This document shows positions 38,849-49,453 of a stretch of DNA of 64,000 nucleotides, in pieces. The stretch is taken from NCBI GenBank assembly GCA_963719945.1, contig CAVRDX010000001.1:832001-896000 (forward strand). Direction: 5' to 3'. The stretch is from an uncultured Thermoplasmata archaeon. Lineage in GTDB: Archaea; Thermoplasmatota; Thermoplasmata; UBA10834. The position numbers were made by a program, and so were the translations under genes. Under the pieces are notes generated by a model. That model saw nothing but the letters and a program-made list of their open reading frames with translations, was not told where the DNA came from and did no database searches. Each line of letters begins with the position of its first letter. Positions within the stretch are counted from its first letter, which is position 1.

Positions 38849-40084
38849 ATGACAAGAATGAGGAGTGGTTCGAGTTTAGGAGCGGTAGCGGTCCTTGTGA
38901 TCATGCTCGCCCTAGGCCTTTCTTCACCGATGTCTGCGGGCGACGGCGAGAAGGCCTGGACGGTTATGATATACCTGGACGCGGACAACAATCTCGAAGA
39001 CGCTGCATGGATGAACATGGAGTGGCTCGAGAGTGTTGGGTCGGATGAGAATGTGAACTTCTTGGTACTGTTGGATACGCTCTCAGGCAAGACTGACCTC
39101 CTGTATGTGGAACACGAAGTGTCCACACCAGTGGGGAAGGACTATGGCTATCCAAAAGAAGAGAATATGGGAGATCCTGCGGTGCTTCAGAAGTTCATAG
39201 AGATCGGCATCGAGGATTATCCTGCGTTGTACTACGCGGTCATCCTGTGGGATCATGGTGGCGGATGGAGAGGAATCTGCTGGGATGATTCATACGAGGA
39301 AGACACAGGAATAGAGGATTGCATCACGATGTCGGAGATGAGAGAGGCGTTCGCAGGCGCTTGCGATGCAAAGGATGAGATCATAGACATCGTCGGATTC
39401 GATGCATGTCTGATGGCGATGCCTGAGGTATCCTACGAGTTGAGAGACTACGCAAAATACGTCATATTCAGCGAGGAGACGATCTACGGAACCAGCTTCC
39501 CGTACGAGATGATTGCGCAGGACCTCGTGGACGAGCCGACGATGGACCCACTGGCATGCGTCAGAATGATGGCCGAGGATTACAGCGAATTCTATCTGAC
39601 CAACAACGGGTACCCGGACTGGACGATCAGCATCATGGACATGGATTATATGAGTGAGGTCACAGCGGCTGTGGACTACCTCGGGGAGGAGCTCCTCGAG
39701 TCCCTGCCATACTACTTCAACGCTTACCAGAACGCGAGGGTCATGTCTGACGAATACTACTACTTCTACAACATAGATCTGCGCAACTTCGTGGACAATC
39801 TGTTGGTGGACCCAGTCATCAAAGACAAAGGCATCAGGGAAGCCGCGATGCAAGTGGATAAGGCGATCGGTGACAGCATAATACTGTGCCTGAACAGCTT
39901 CCACAACCGCGATTCCGAAGGTCTCGCAATATACTTCCCATACGCGCCTGGAAGCACTATTGCAGGCCTGAAGCCCGAGTATGAAGACATATCCTTCGCG
40001 AAGACGGGTACCAGCTGGTACGACTTCGTCGAGGCGTTCTCCAAGTTCACGGGACGCGCATGGGGAGGGGCGAAATTCGCCTAG
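38849..40084 (+). CDS. Clostripain-related cysteine peptidase (C11), secreted; paralog 1
   Basis: Signal peptide; WTVMIYLDADNNLE, WDHGGGW (His), GFDACLM (Cys), GLAIYFP. Confidence 0.92.
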   Translation: MTRMRSGSSLGAVAVLVIMLALGLSSPMSAGDGEKAWTVMIYLDADNNLEDAAWMNMEWLESVGSDENVNFLVLLDTLSGKTDLLYVEHEVSTPVGKDYGYPKEENMGDPAVLQKFIEIGIEDYPALYYAVILWDHGGGWRGICWDDSYEEDTGIEDCITMSEMREAFAGACDAKDEIIDIVGFDACLMAMPEVSYELRDYAKYVIFSEETIYGTSFPYEMIAQDLVDEPTMDPLACVRMMAEDYSEFYLTNNGYPDWTISIMDMDYMSEVTAAVDYLGEELLESLPYYFNAYQNARVMSDEYYYFYNIDLRNFVDNLLVDPVIKDKGIREAAMQVDKAIGDSIILCLNSFHNRDSEGLAIYFPYAPGSTIAGLKPEYEDISFAKTGTSWYDFVEAFSKFTGRAWGGAKFA

Positions 40085-40228
40085 ATGAGCCCATGGAAAC
40101 CGGTCAAACCATTTCCATCACTTTTCCATCATGAACAGGTTTCAATCGATATTCGGGATAACCTGAAAATGCTTTCATGCGCATGATATGAAAGAGATGA
40201 TTCGGAAAGACCCTAGGAGGGCTTTCGT

Positions 40229-40708
40229 ATGAGTGAGATAGCGACATTTGCAGCGGGGTGCTTCTGGGGCGTCGAAGCAATATTCAGAAAGGTCCATGGA
40301 GTCATATCCACCCGTGTCGGATACACGGGTGGGAAGACGGATCGGCCTACATACAATCAGGTCTGTTCGGACAGCACAGGCCATGCTGAAGCGGTCGAAG
40401 TCGAATTCGATCCGAGTATGGTCGCATACGGTCATTTGCTGGAGATATTCTGGGACATGCACGACCCGACTACCCTGAACAGGCAGGGACCCGATAGAGG
40501 GACGCAATACAGGTCAGCCATATTCTTTCACAATCCGGAACAGAAGAGGCTAGCCGAAGAATCTCTGAGCGCGCTCGCGCGATCAGACCGATTCACTCGG
40601 AGGAAGATAGTGACTGAGATCGCGGAAGCGGAAGTCTTCTGGCCTGCAGAGGAGTACCATCAACGGTACTTCGAGAAGACTGGAAGAAACAGTTGCGGGA
40701 TCCATTGA
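40229..40708 (+). CDS. msrA: Peptide methionine sulfoxide reductase A
   Basis: GCFWGVE, TGHAE, HDPT..NRQG.D.GTQYRS, AEEYHQ. Confidence 0.97.
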   Translation: MSEIATFAAGCFWGVEAIFRKVHGVISTRVGYTGGKTDRPTYNQVCSDSTGHAEAVEVEFDPSMVAYGHLLEIFWDMHDPTTLNRQGPDRGTQYRSAIFFHNPEQKRLAEESLSALARSDRFTRRKIVTEIAEAEVFWPAEEYHQRYFEKTGRNSCGIH

Positions 40709-40821
40709 TGCCCTATGTGCATGCCATTTTGACTATCTTTGTTCAGAAAGAACTATTTGACTGATGCTTTTAACCCTGGCAGAGGCATGCCGATTCAGCC
40801 TACTGACGGATTCGAGGCCGT

Positions 40822-42615
40822 TTGATGTTCAGTGACATCCAGAAATCATTGCGAGGCTACATTCGGAGCGAGTTCCTGGGAGAATACGCCAGGCTCAACA
40901 TAATCGCGGCCATGATCGGAGCATTTGCCGCGCTCATCGCAATAGGTTTCAGATGGCTCATCCTGGCATTCCAGGAATTCTTCTTCGTTGGCGGAAACCC
41001 ATTGAACAACGAACTCGGGCTCTGGGTCTTCGCGGTCCCCATGATTGGGGCGGTGTTCGTCGGCATGATCGCCTACTGGCTCGCACCTGAGGTCAAGGGG
41101 GCAGGCGTGGCAGAGGTCATGCGAGGCCTGATGGCGGACAAGGGGAGGTTCAGGGCGAGGGTGCCTGCACTCAAGGCGCTCGCTTCCGCGATCACGCTTG
41201 GTTCGGGTGGCTCCGCAGGCAGAGAAGGGCCGATAGTCCAGATAGGGGCGTCCTTCGCGTCAGTGGTCGGTCAGAAGTTCAAGATGACCACGACCGAGGT
41301 GAGGATAATGGTGGCTTGCGGTGCAGCTGCGGGTATAACGGCCACGTTCAACACTCCCATTGCTGGTGCTGTCTTCGCACTCGAGCTGCTTCTGCTGGAG
41401 TTCAGGACGAGATCGTTCATCCCACTCGTCATATCGACGGTGTTTGCGACACTCGTCTCGAGAGTGTTCCTAGGCGACTATCCCACCTTCTCGGTCGAAT
41501 TGACATACTCGCTCGTGAGCCCTTACGAGCTAGCGTTCTATCTGGTGCTCGGGTTGCTCGCAGGGGTCGTTGGAGTAATATTCATCAAGATGCTCTACAA
41601 GATGGAGGACGTGTTCGATGCGCTCTCAGTGCCAGGCTATGCCAAACCGGTCATAGGCGTCGCGATGGTAGGCGCCATCGGTCTGTTCTATCCGAGTGTG
41701 TTGGGCGTCGGATATGATACGGTAACAGCAGCACTCAACGGACACCTCGACCAGCTGTTCGACGTCAGGATGCTCGGACTGTTCGTCGTCGTTGTGCTCA
41801 TACTCAAACTTATTGCCACATCTCTGACGATATCATCCGGGAACGCAGGTGGCGTATTCGGCCCGTCATTGTTCCTTGGTGCCATGCTCGGTGCAGCATT
41901 CGGGATTGCTGCCAACCAGTTCTTCCCGAACATGACAGCGGAGTACGGCGCATATGCGCTCGTCGGAATGGCTGCGGTATTCGCGTCCACCGCAAGAGCG
42001 ACTCTAACAGCCATATTGATGCTGTTCGAGATGACATCGAGCTACGAGATCATCCTGCCCCTGATGTTCGCGTGCGTCGTCAGCGATGCCGTGAGCAGCA
42101 TGCTGTCCAAAGAGACGATATACACTGCGAAGCTGGCCAAGCAGGGGATACGGTATGTCCATGATCTATCGGCGAACATATTGGAGGCCGCGAAGGTCAA
42201 GGAGGCGATGGATATCAAATTCGTCTCGCTGGCCCCGGACACGCCACTCAGGAAGGTCGTGGACCTTCAGCTCTACAGCGGCAAGAAAGGATATCCAGTG
42301 GTCTCATCAGATGGCAAGTTAAAGGGCATAGTCACTCTGACGGACGTGCGGAAAGCATTCGAGAGCGGCAAACAGGATTCGACCGTGAGCGACATCATGA
42401 CCAAGAGGATAGTGACCGTGTATCCCGAAGAGACGCTTCAAGTGGCGATGGAGAAGATGGTCCTGAGGAAGATAGGTCATCTGCCAGTGGTGGATCCGGC
42501 CAAGCCTAACAGGATCATCGCCATGATAGATAGGGAAGCCATCCTTGACAGGTACAGAGGCGTCCTGGCAGAAGAGGTATCGGAGGAGTCCCTCCAGGGC
42601 AGACTCATGGAATGA
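40822..42615 (+). CDS. ClC chloride channel/antiporter with a CBS pair
   Basis: GAGVAE, GREGP, FNTPIAG, GGVFGPSL, LFEMT; two CBS domains. Confidence 0.94.
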   Translation: MMFSDIQKSLRGYIRSEFLGEYARLNIIAAMIGAFAALIAIGFRWLILAFQEFFFVGGNPLNNELGLWVFAVPMIGAVFVGMIAYWLAPEVKGAGVAEVMRGLMADKGRFRARVPALKALASAITLGSGGSAGREGPIVQIGASFASVVGQKFKMTTTEVRIMVACGAAAGITATFNTPIAGAVFALELLLLEFRTRSFIPLVISTVFATLVSRVFLGDYPTFSVELTYSLVSPYELAFYLVLGLLAGVVGVIFIKMLYKMEDVFDALSVPGYAKPVIGVAMVGAIGLFYPSVLGVGYDTVTAALNGHLDQLFDVRMLGLFVVVVLILKLIATSLTISSGNAGGVFGPSLFLGAMLGAAFGIAANQFFPNMTAEYGAYALVGMAAVFASTARATLTAILMLFEMTSSYEIILPLMFACVVSDAVSSMLSKETIYTAKLAKQGIRYVHDLSANILEAAKVKEAMDIKFVSLAPDTPLRKVVDLQLYSGKKGYPVVSSDGKLKGIVTLTDVRKAFESGKQDSTVSDIMTKRIVTVYPEETLQVAMEKMVLRKIGHLPVVDPAKPNRIIAMIDREAILDRYRGVLAEEVSEESLQGRLME

Positions 42616-42630
42616 TTCCGAAGACGCATC

Positions 42631-44718
42631 TCACTTAACCTTCGATTTCCTGGCGATGATCTCCTTCAGCTCGGAAAGGTCCTGACCGGAGCTAACCGTA
42701 TGAGTGATATTACCCGATTCATCGCGCATATAGGTGTTGTGCCAGGATATCTCTCTGATCGCACCACCCTTCGTCATTATCTTGTCCACGACATGTTCGT
42801 GTTTCGCAATATTTCCGCTGATTATAGCTGAGAATATCTCATGCACATGTTCTCTCGATTCTGGGGGAAGGAAATTGTCGAACCAGTTCTTTCCGACCAA
42901 CTCTGACTCGTCATAGCCCAATATCTCGCAGCCCTTGCGATTTACCTGAGAGACCGTCCCGTCCCTGTTGATGATGACGATCATCACATTGACGGCCTCC
43001 AGATGATTCCTGGCCGCGTCTCGCTCCTGCTTGAGTTCTCGACCGATCTGCTCGCGATGAAGCGTTTCACCAATCTTGCGAGCGATTGCCTGGACGAGTC
43101 GCACTTCATCACGGACGATCGAATCCGAACCCGCCCATTGAGCTTCCGCGAGATAATACACATCGATGCGTCCAATGGTCATTCCAGACAGGACTATATC
43201 CGAAGACATCACGTTTGGAGTCTCCTTGAATCCCTCTGAGGAAAACACCTCATCACGGACGATTATTCTGATTGATGGACTCTCGTACCTCTGCAATGCG
43301 TCTGTGAGAGCATCGACGACTCCGGTGCAAAATCGCATCAAGTCGAAATCATCCTGGTAGTTCAGCTCAGAGACCGCGTACACGCACGTGAGCTCATTCA
43401 TCCTCCGCGTCAAGTCGAGAGTCCTCTGGTTCAGTCGGTCTTCAACATCATATGCATCCAGGGCGTATGATATGTCGGAAGCGATCTCCGTCAGTAGCCC
43501 ACGGTCATCTTCGACGAAATGATCAGGTTTCTTGGAGTACAGGTTAAGGGAGCCTATCACATGGCCCTTTCTGCGCAAAGGAATCGCTGCCAATGAGCTA
43601 TAGCCGAGGGAGCGGGCCAACTCTGGCAAGTGCGCATGATTCTTGATCTGCGCTCTAGGACCATGAATGACGATTCGATCCTCAATTATTGCCGAAATCA
43701 ACGAACCTGGCCCAAGCGGATCACCATCTAGAGGGGCCCTGAGCTTGGATATATCAGGATTATCAGCCGGAGCCCAAGCCTCAGGAACTACGACATGCGA
43801 AACGGAATCGACGAGACCAACCCATGCTAGATCGAATTTTCCAGAATCGATTGCGACCTTGCACATTCTTGGGAACAATTCATGGGCACTCTTGCTGCGG
43901 ACAATAGATTCATTGACTTGGCTCAGGAAGGCATACATCCGGTTCATGCGCATCAGGCCGTGCTCTGTCTCCCGAAGATGGGTTATGTCGATGAAAGGAC
44001 AGGTGAGCAACTTCATTGATGGGAGGAACCGAGGACGAGCTATGACCAGAGCCTTGGACCCATCTGGTCGCTTCAGCCATACCTCATAGCTCTCAGGAGC
44101 GTTTGCAGGGTTTTTCTTGCGAGTCTCGAAGTTGTCTCGGACTCTGTCCATTGAACTCTCGTCGACGAAGACGGTCCACATCTTCCCCTCTACATCCGTC
44201 TTCTTGAACCCAGACAAATCTTCGAACTCTCTGTTTACCACGACGATTCTGCCCTCGATATCGGTTACTATCATGGCAGAACCGGAGTTCTCGAAGATTC
44301 CACGGTATCGTTCTTCGCTCTCGGCCAATGCGACTTCCGCAACCCTCCGACCTAACAGTTGCTCGATCATATTGGATAATTCCGCGAAAAGTGCCTTCGT
44401 ATCCGCACCTTTCTGCAGATAGAAATCTGCCCCAAGGTTGAGTGCCTCGATGGCGACCTCTTCACGACCCTTCCCAGTGAATACGATGAAAGGCGTGTTG
44501 TCCCCCTGCTCTCGAAGAATCTTCAGAAACTCAAGACCATCCATTACTGGCATCTGATAGTCGGAAACGATAGCGTCATACTTGCGGGAAGGAATCTTGT
44601 CCAGAGCGGCCTCTGCGGAATCTGCTATGTCGATCTCGTAGCCATTAGAACGGCTCAAGTAGCTCCTTGTCAGATCAAGGAATGCAGGTTCATCGTCTAC
44701 GCAAAGGATGACGGCCAT
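42631..44718 (-). CDS. REC-PAS-GAF-PAS signalling protein lacking an output domain
   Basis: VDDE, SDYQMP.MDG, FTGKG, YLQKG; PAS; GAF (AAIPL...GSLNLYS); terminal PAS/PAC. Confidence 0.88.
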   Translation of the reverse strand: MAVILCVDDEPAFLDLTRSYLSRSNGYEIDIADSAEAALDKIPSRKYDAIVSDYQMPVMDGLEFLKILREQGDNTPFIVFTGKGREEVAIEALNLGADFYLQKGADTKALFAELSNMIEQLLGRRVAEVALAESEERYRGIFENSGSAMIVTDIEGRIVVVNREFEDLSGFKKTDVEGKMWTVFVDESSMDRVRDNFETRKKNPANAPESYEVWLKRPDGSKALVIARPRFLPSMKLLTCPFIDITHLRETEHGLMRMNRMYAFLSQVNESIVRSKSAHELFPRMCKVAIDSGKFDLAWVGLVDSVSHVVVPEAWAPADNPDISKLRAPLDGDPLGPGSLISAIIEDRIVIHGPRAQIKNHAHLPELARSLGYSSLAAIPLRRKGHVIGSLNLYSKKPDHFVEDDRGLLTEIASDISYALDAYDVEDRLNQRTLDLTRRMNELTCVYAVSELNYQDDFDLMRFCTGVVDALTDALQRYESPSIRIIVRDEVFSSEGFKETPNVMSSDIVLSGMTIGRIDVYYLAEAQWAGSDSIVRDEVRLVQAIARKIGETLHREQIGRELKQERDAARNHLEAVNVMIVIINRDGTVSQVNRKGCEILGYDESELVGKNWFDNFLPPESREHVHEIFSAIISGNIAKHEHVVDKIMTKGGAIREISWHNTYMRDESGNITHTVSSGQDLSELKEIIARKSKVK

Positions 44719-44879
44719 CCACTTCCTCCCACAGGTATTACAGTGGGCAGAGTATTTCTAATTCATGGCGAAATAAGAACAAATCAGTCAAATCTAAAAT
44801 CAGAGGCGACAAAAAATGCTGATTGTCAAGTCATCCTGAGGAATATTTGCCAATGCAGATTAGAAGTCACTCACAATTG

Positions 44880-46286
44880 TCAGTTAGCATGAGCATGGTC
44901 ATGCTCAGCCTGGAAATTCACGGGCTGCAACCTGCCGAAAGCTGCTGCGAGCACTTCGGATAGAGTGGGATGTATGATCTGCGCACGGGCGAGCGGGGCG
45001 TATGTCTGAGATTCGGAGACCATCAGGTTGACGACCTGCTGTATCAGGATTGCTGCCTGAGGACCCACTGCAGTCGCACCGAGTATCCTGCGGGTAGGAT
45101 ATTCGACCATCACCTTGACGAAGGCGTCCTCGTCGCCGTAGGCGAAACCCATGGCAGTATCATGATACTTGGCAACTCCGACCATGACCTTCCTGCCCGC
45201 GACCGCCTCCTGCTCGGTCATTCCCACCTGACCGACCTGAGGATTGGTGAATACCGCATGAGGGACCGCATGGAGATCCAGCGCACGCTTATCCTTCGAG
45301 TATAGGTTGTGGCCGACTATCGATGATTGGTAGTTCGCGGTATGCCTGTACATGTTCCGTCCAAGGGCGTCTCCGAGCGCATAGATGCCCGGCTTCGATG
45401 TTTCAAGATACTGATTGGTCTGAACCCAGCCGCGTTCGTCCGTGTGTACCCCCGTGTTCTCTGGCTTGAGCCAATCGGAGTTCGATCTGACACCGGTGGC
45501 AACGAACAGGTGCTGAGCATCGATAACGCGTTCGTGCTTCCCGTCAGAATCACGCACCTTCACGGAGATGGATCCGTCATGACCTTCGACGGAAACGGTA
45601 TCAGTCCCCGTATGGATCTCGACATGTCTGGAAAGCCTCTTCTTCACGAGCGCGCTCGTCTCCGGTTCCTCGTGTGGAAGCAGGACGGGGTTGCGGCCGA
45701 TCATGACGACGCGTGTGCCGATCGCAGAGAAGAAGTGGGCGAATTCACAGCCGATGTAACCGCCGCCCAATATGACGATGCTCTCAGGCTGCTCCTCGAT
45801 ATCATATATCGTTCTGTATGTGTGATATTTGACCTTGTCAAGCCCGGGTATCCTCGGTATGCTGGCCCTCGCACCCGATGCGATGACTATCTTCTGTGCA
45901 CTGATGGTCTCGTCGCCCACCTTGAGGGTGTAATCCGATACGAAGCTGCCGATGACGCTGTATAGATCGACGCCTGAAGTCGCCTTGACTCCGTGTTCCA
46001 TCTCGTGCCTTCCGCTCAGGACGATATCCCACATCCTTTTCTTGATAGTCGGGAAATCAAGCTTGTCCAGGCGCAGATGCACCCCGATGCTGGCGGCATC
46101 CTCTGCCTCACGGATCACATCCGCCGCATGTATGAGCACCTTTGATGGTATGCACCCCCGGTTCAGACAGGTGCCGCCGAGCGGCCCTTCCTCGACGACG
46201 GCCACCTTCTCCCCTCTCTGGAGTGGGAGGTCCACTACGTTCATCCCTGCCCCCGATCCAATCACAATCAGGCCATACTCCTTCAT
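44880..46286 (-). CDS. Pyridine nucleotide-disulfide oxidoreductase (dihydrolipoamide dehydrogenase/mycothione reductase-like)
   Basis: GGTCLNRGCIPSK, GGGYIG.E, YALGD, HPTLSE. Confidence 0.92.
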   Translation of the reverse strand: MKEYGLIVIGSGAGMNVVDLPLQRGEKVAVVEEGPLGGTCLNRGCIPSKVLIHAADVIREAEDAASIGVHLRLDKLDFPTIKKRMWDIVLSGRHEMEHGVKATSGVDLYSVIGSFVSDYTLKVGDETISAQKIVIASGARASIPRIPGLDKVKYHTYRTIYDIEEQPESIVILGGGYIGCEFAHFFSAIGTRVVMIGRNPVLLPHEEPETSALVKKRLSRHVEIHTGTDTVSVEGHDGSISVKVRDSDGKHERVIDAQHLFVATGVRSNSDWLKPENTGVHTDERGWVQTNQYLETSKPGIYALGDALGRNMYRHTANYQSSIVGHNLYSKDKRALDLHAVPHAVFTNPQVGQVGMTEQEAVAGRKVMVGVAKYHDTAMGFAYGDEDAFVKVMVEYPTRRILGATAVGPQAAILIQQVVNLMVSESQTYAPLARAQIIHPTLSEVLAAAFGRLQPVNFQAEHDHAHAN

Positions 46287-46414
46287 TCGGACACCCTGGA
46301 CCGTCAACGCGATGGTGAGCCATTAAACTTCTCGGCAATAGCGTCGAAAACTGTCATATCGCATGGTCGCACCATTTGAATAGTATGCTCACGATATCTG
46401 GATTAGGTGATTTT

Positions 46415-46642
46415 GTGGGGAGAATCGATCTGCCAATGCCCGAACTAGGGCGTGGCACTCAATTTCTTGATGCATCAGCCGATGATCTGCAGGCGAAGAT
46501 ACGATCGAAAGTGCCTAAACAGTACAGGAGTTCTGTTGTGGTCAGGCCGTTCAAGAGGAGGGGTTCTACGGGCCTGTCAGTCGAATATGAGGACATCATC
46601 GAGGCCGAGGTCATGGCCGCCATCGAGAGCAGGTTTGGCTGA
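46415..46642 (+). CDS. Hypothetical small protein
   Basis: GTG after AGGTGA; 75 aa. Confidence 0.55.
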   Translation: MGRIDLPMPELGRGTQFLDASADDLQAKIRSKVPKQYRSSVVVRPFKRRGSTGLSVEYEDIIEAEVMAAIESRFG

Positions 46643-46700
46643 ACGTCCGCCTGTTCAGATGCGATATTGCAGATACATTTAATGACAGGACTTGCGATTA

Positions 46701-46907
46701 ATGCAATCCAGGATGTCGACCCCAGTGCCCCGAACACCCGTACCCAGAAAGCTGACGGAGAAGGAGATGGCCCTGATCAGGGACCGCGACGACAGGCTTG
46801 AGCGGTATGTCAGGACGGCTCAATTCATTCAGTCGAAGTGGTTCATGCTGATAGGGACCGCCGCGATAGTCGTCTTCCTGCTAATGATCTATCTTGTGTC
46901 AAGATGA
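46701..46907 (+). CDS. Small single-TM protein
   Basis: Charged N-terminus, C-terminal hydrophobic helix. Confidence 0.55.
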   Translation: MQSRMSTPVPRTPVPRKLTEKEMALIRDRDDRLERYVRTAQFIQSKWFMLIGTAAIVVFLLMIYLVSR

Positions 46908-46911
46908 TGAC

Positions 46912-47022
46912 TCACTTCTTCTTGTGGATAGGGCAGGTGTAACCCAGCTTGCAGTACCTGCATTTCTCCTCGGGCGTCGGGGGTATCACCTTTCTCAATC
47001 GGCCATACTTACGCCTGGGCAA
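46912..47022 (-). CDS. Putative 36-aa basic CxxC/CxxH microprotein
   Basis: TTG start; MPRRKYGRLRKVIPPTPEEKCRYCKLGYTCPIHKKK; TTTTAT upstream. Confidence 0.55.
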   Translation of the reverse strand: MPRRKYGRLRKVIPPTPEEKCRYCKLGYTCPIHKKK

Positions 47023-47081
47023 TGTCTACCACGGGTCGATAGGAACGCGGCCATCATACATAAAATCAGTCAGGGGTCCGT

Positions 47082-49232
47082 TCAGGGCGCCCTCGGCAAC
47101 GATATGTTGAACACACAGCCTTTGGAAGGGTCACCGGGCACCATGTCCGTGATCCACATGCTCCCGATGTAGCGTTCCGCGATGGCTCTCGAGGTCGCCA
47201 AGCCCATTCCGAAGCCGCCCGATAACTCAGATTTGGCGGCCTTGGTCATCCGCAGCACCTCCCGCTTGAGATTGTCGGGAATGCTTCTGCCAGGCTGAGA
47301 TATCTTGATCCACCACATCTCGTTTCTGCCCTCGAGTCTGGGCTCCACGTGTACAAGGAGCCTGACCGGGTCCTGTCTCGTGGACCTTGCCGCCGTGACG
47401 AAGAGGTTCACGAAGAGACCTACGAGGAGATCGTCGGCCATCACACGGACCGGTTCTCCTGAGTTCCGAACCTCGATATCCAACGACTTGTCGTGTACTC
47501 TGCGCTTGGTCTCGCTGATGGCGCGGTGCATCGCATCCTCCAGATTGAGCGGCATGATCCTGACCGAACCGTTGTGCCGCACCTTGTGCATGGTCCGCAC
47601 CATGTCCACCATCTGCATGATGTTGTCCATCTGAGACGAAATGGTCTTGACGGCAGAACCGATCTGCGGATCGAGGTCCTTCCTGGCGCCTATAGAATCG
47701 ATGTACGCAATCATGGGGGTCGTATAATTCGCGATGTCATGGGTCATCAGGTCCATGTACAGCTCCATCTGGTCCCTTGTGCGAGAGACCACTTTCAGGA
47801 GCTGTGCATTCTCCATGGCCACCGCCGCGTGGTTGGCGAACATCGTGGCCACCTCAAGGTCCTCCTTCGAGAAGGTGTCTGGAGGATATTTCGTGAGCTC
47901 GATAACCCCAAGGACATCCTTCCGGCCGAGGATAGGGATCACGAGCATACGACAGTGCATCACTGGAGTCCCGGGGATCTGGTCCCCCCTGGGGTCATCC
48001 TCCGTGTCCAGGATGATCTCCGCCTTCTTCGTCCGTGATACATGACCGATATAACCCACATCGACCGGGAAGTTCCTGTCCTCCATTATCTCGGAAGCGT
48101 ACGGTCCGGTCGCATATGCCGGATTGCAGACGTTCCTGCTCCAATCGAACACATAGAATGAGAGTTCGTTGCACGGGATGAGTCCGGACATCTTGTCGCC
48201 TATGATCCTGAAGACCTCGCTGGATTCTATCTCCTGCTGCAGGCTGGCAGCAGTCTCTATGAGGACCTTCTGCGCCCGCGACATCATGCTCATCCGCTCG
48301 AACATATCGACGTTGTTGATGAGCTTCATCACGTCCACGCCGATCTCCTCAGCAAGGCTCACTTCGTCCGATGTGAACGGGCCAGGCCCGGTATTGTCTC
48401 CGATGAAGAGTAGCCCCTCGACCTCGTTTTCGTGAATCAACGGAACGGCGATGCAGTGCTCGAAACTGAGATTGCCCAGGATCTTCTTCTTCTGCAAAGG
48501 GGACCAGTGATTGGATATGCATGTCTTCGTCGTCTTCTGCTCGATCGCCTCCGCGGCCATGGTGAATCTGTTCAACGAGACCATCGTGCCACGCGAGAGC
48601 ACCACGCCCTTCGCTGCACAGCTCAGACAGATCATATCGTTGGCGTCCTCCAGCAACCTGAAGACTGAGACGAAGTCAGCATCGAAGTAATCCATGGCGT
48701 TCATGCAGAACTTGGCGAAAGCATGGTCGAGCTCCGACCGTACGCCAGGGGTCGATGACATACAGTTGATCAGAACTGATTGAAGCTGTGTATATTCACC
48801 CATCAATACTGAGGTTTCCAGTACGCCTAGGTCCACTATCGAGCACACTTGTTCCTTGGCCACATCCTTGGATTCGGACGGGACCTTGGCATCGACGGTG
48901 TCATAGAGCACCTTCCGCAGCGCATGCTGGTTCATGACCACGCTGCTCAGGTCAAGCGTGCGCAGATGCTCTGACCTCAGAGCGCTCCTGAGCGATTTCC
49001 TGGCCTTCGATGACGATGGGTCGGTGGCATATTCGATGAGGGAGTCGAAGTAGTTCCGGAACCTGTCGCTCCTCACGCTCACTGGCGATGTGAACTCGGA
49101 GACCTTTGAGAATGGGACGCGGTTTATCTCCGATACCCACGCGTGGACTATGTTCTCGGACTCATTCCTCAATATACCGATGAGCGGCCCAGAACCCAAA
49201 GGCTGAGATGCAGCTCCAGATTTATGATGCAT
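47082..49232 (-). CDS. GAF-GAF sensor histidine kinase with a helical (RsbR-N/globin-like) N-terminus
   Basis: Two GAF domains; LMTHDIANY H-box; divergent HATPase (NLFVTA, GGFGMGL). Confidence 0.82.
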   Translation of the reverse strand: MHHKSGAASQPLGSGPLIGILRNESENIVHAWVSEINRVPFSKVSEFTSPVSVRSDRFRNYFDSLIEYATDPSSSKARKSLRSALRSEHLRTLDLSSVVMNQHALRKVLYDTVDAKVPSESKDVAKEQVCSIVDLGVLETSVLMGEYTQLQSVLINCMSSTPGVRSELDHAFAKFCMNAMDYFDADFVSVFRLLEDANDMICLSCAAKGVVLSRGTMVSLNRFTMAAEAIEQKTTKTCISNHWSPLQKKKILGNLSFEHCIAVPLIHENEVEGLLFIGDNTGPGPFTSDEVSLAEEIGVDVMKLINNVDMFERMSMMSRAQKVLIETAASLQQEIESSEVFRIIGDKMSGLIPCNELSFYVFDWSRNVCNPAYATGPYASEIMEDRNFPVDVGYIGHVSRTKKAEIILDTEDDPRGDQIPGTPVMHCRMLVIPILGRKDVLGVIELTKYPPDTFSKEDLEVATMFANHAAVAMENAQLLKVVSRTRDQMELYMDLMTHDIANYTTPMIAYIDSIGARKDLDPQIGSAVKTISSQMDNIMQMVDMVRTMHKVRHNGSVRIMPLNLEDAMHRAISETKRRVHDKSLDIEVRNSGEPVRVMADDLLVGLFVNLFVTAARSTRQDPVRLLVHVEPRLEGRNEMWWIKISQPGRSIPDNLKREVLRMTKAAKSELSGGFGMGLATSRAIAERYIGSMWITDMVPGDPSKGCVFNISLPRAP

Positions 49233-49453
49233 GGTGGATTTATTCTCCTCCAGTGTGTAATGTAAGAGGATTCGTAATATGGCACTCAGGGAATATATCG
49301 CTTTGGTCCTTGGTGCGTACTACGTGAAACCATGCCCAACACCGTAATCATTTGACCAGTTTTTAATCGACAATATCAGATAACGTTTCCCTTTAGGTCA
49401 AATATCCTTATATTCGGGCACCCAATAGCACGCTCCAGAGTGGTGTATTAAGG

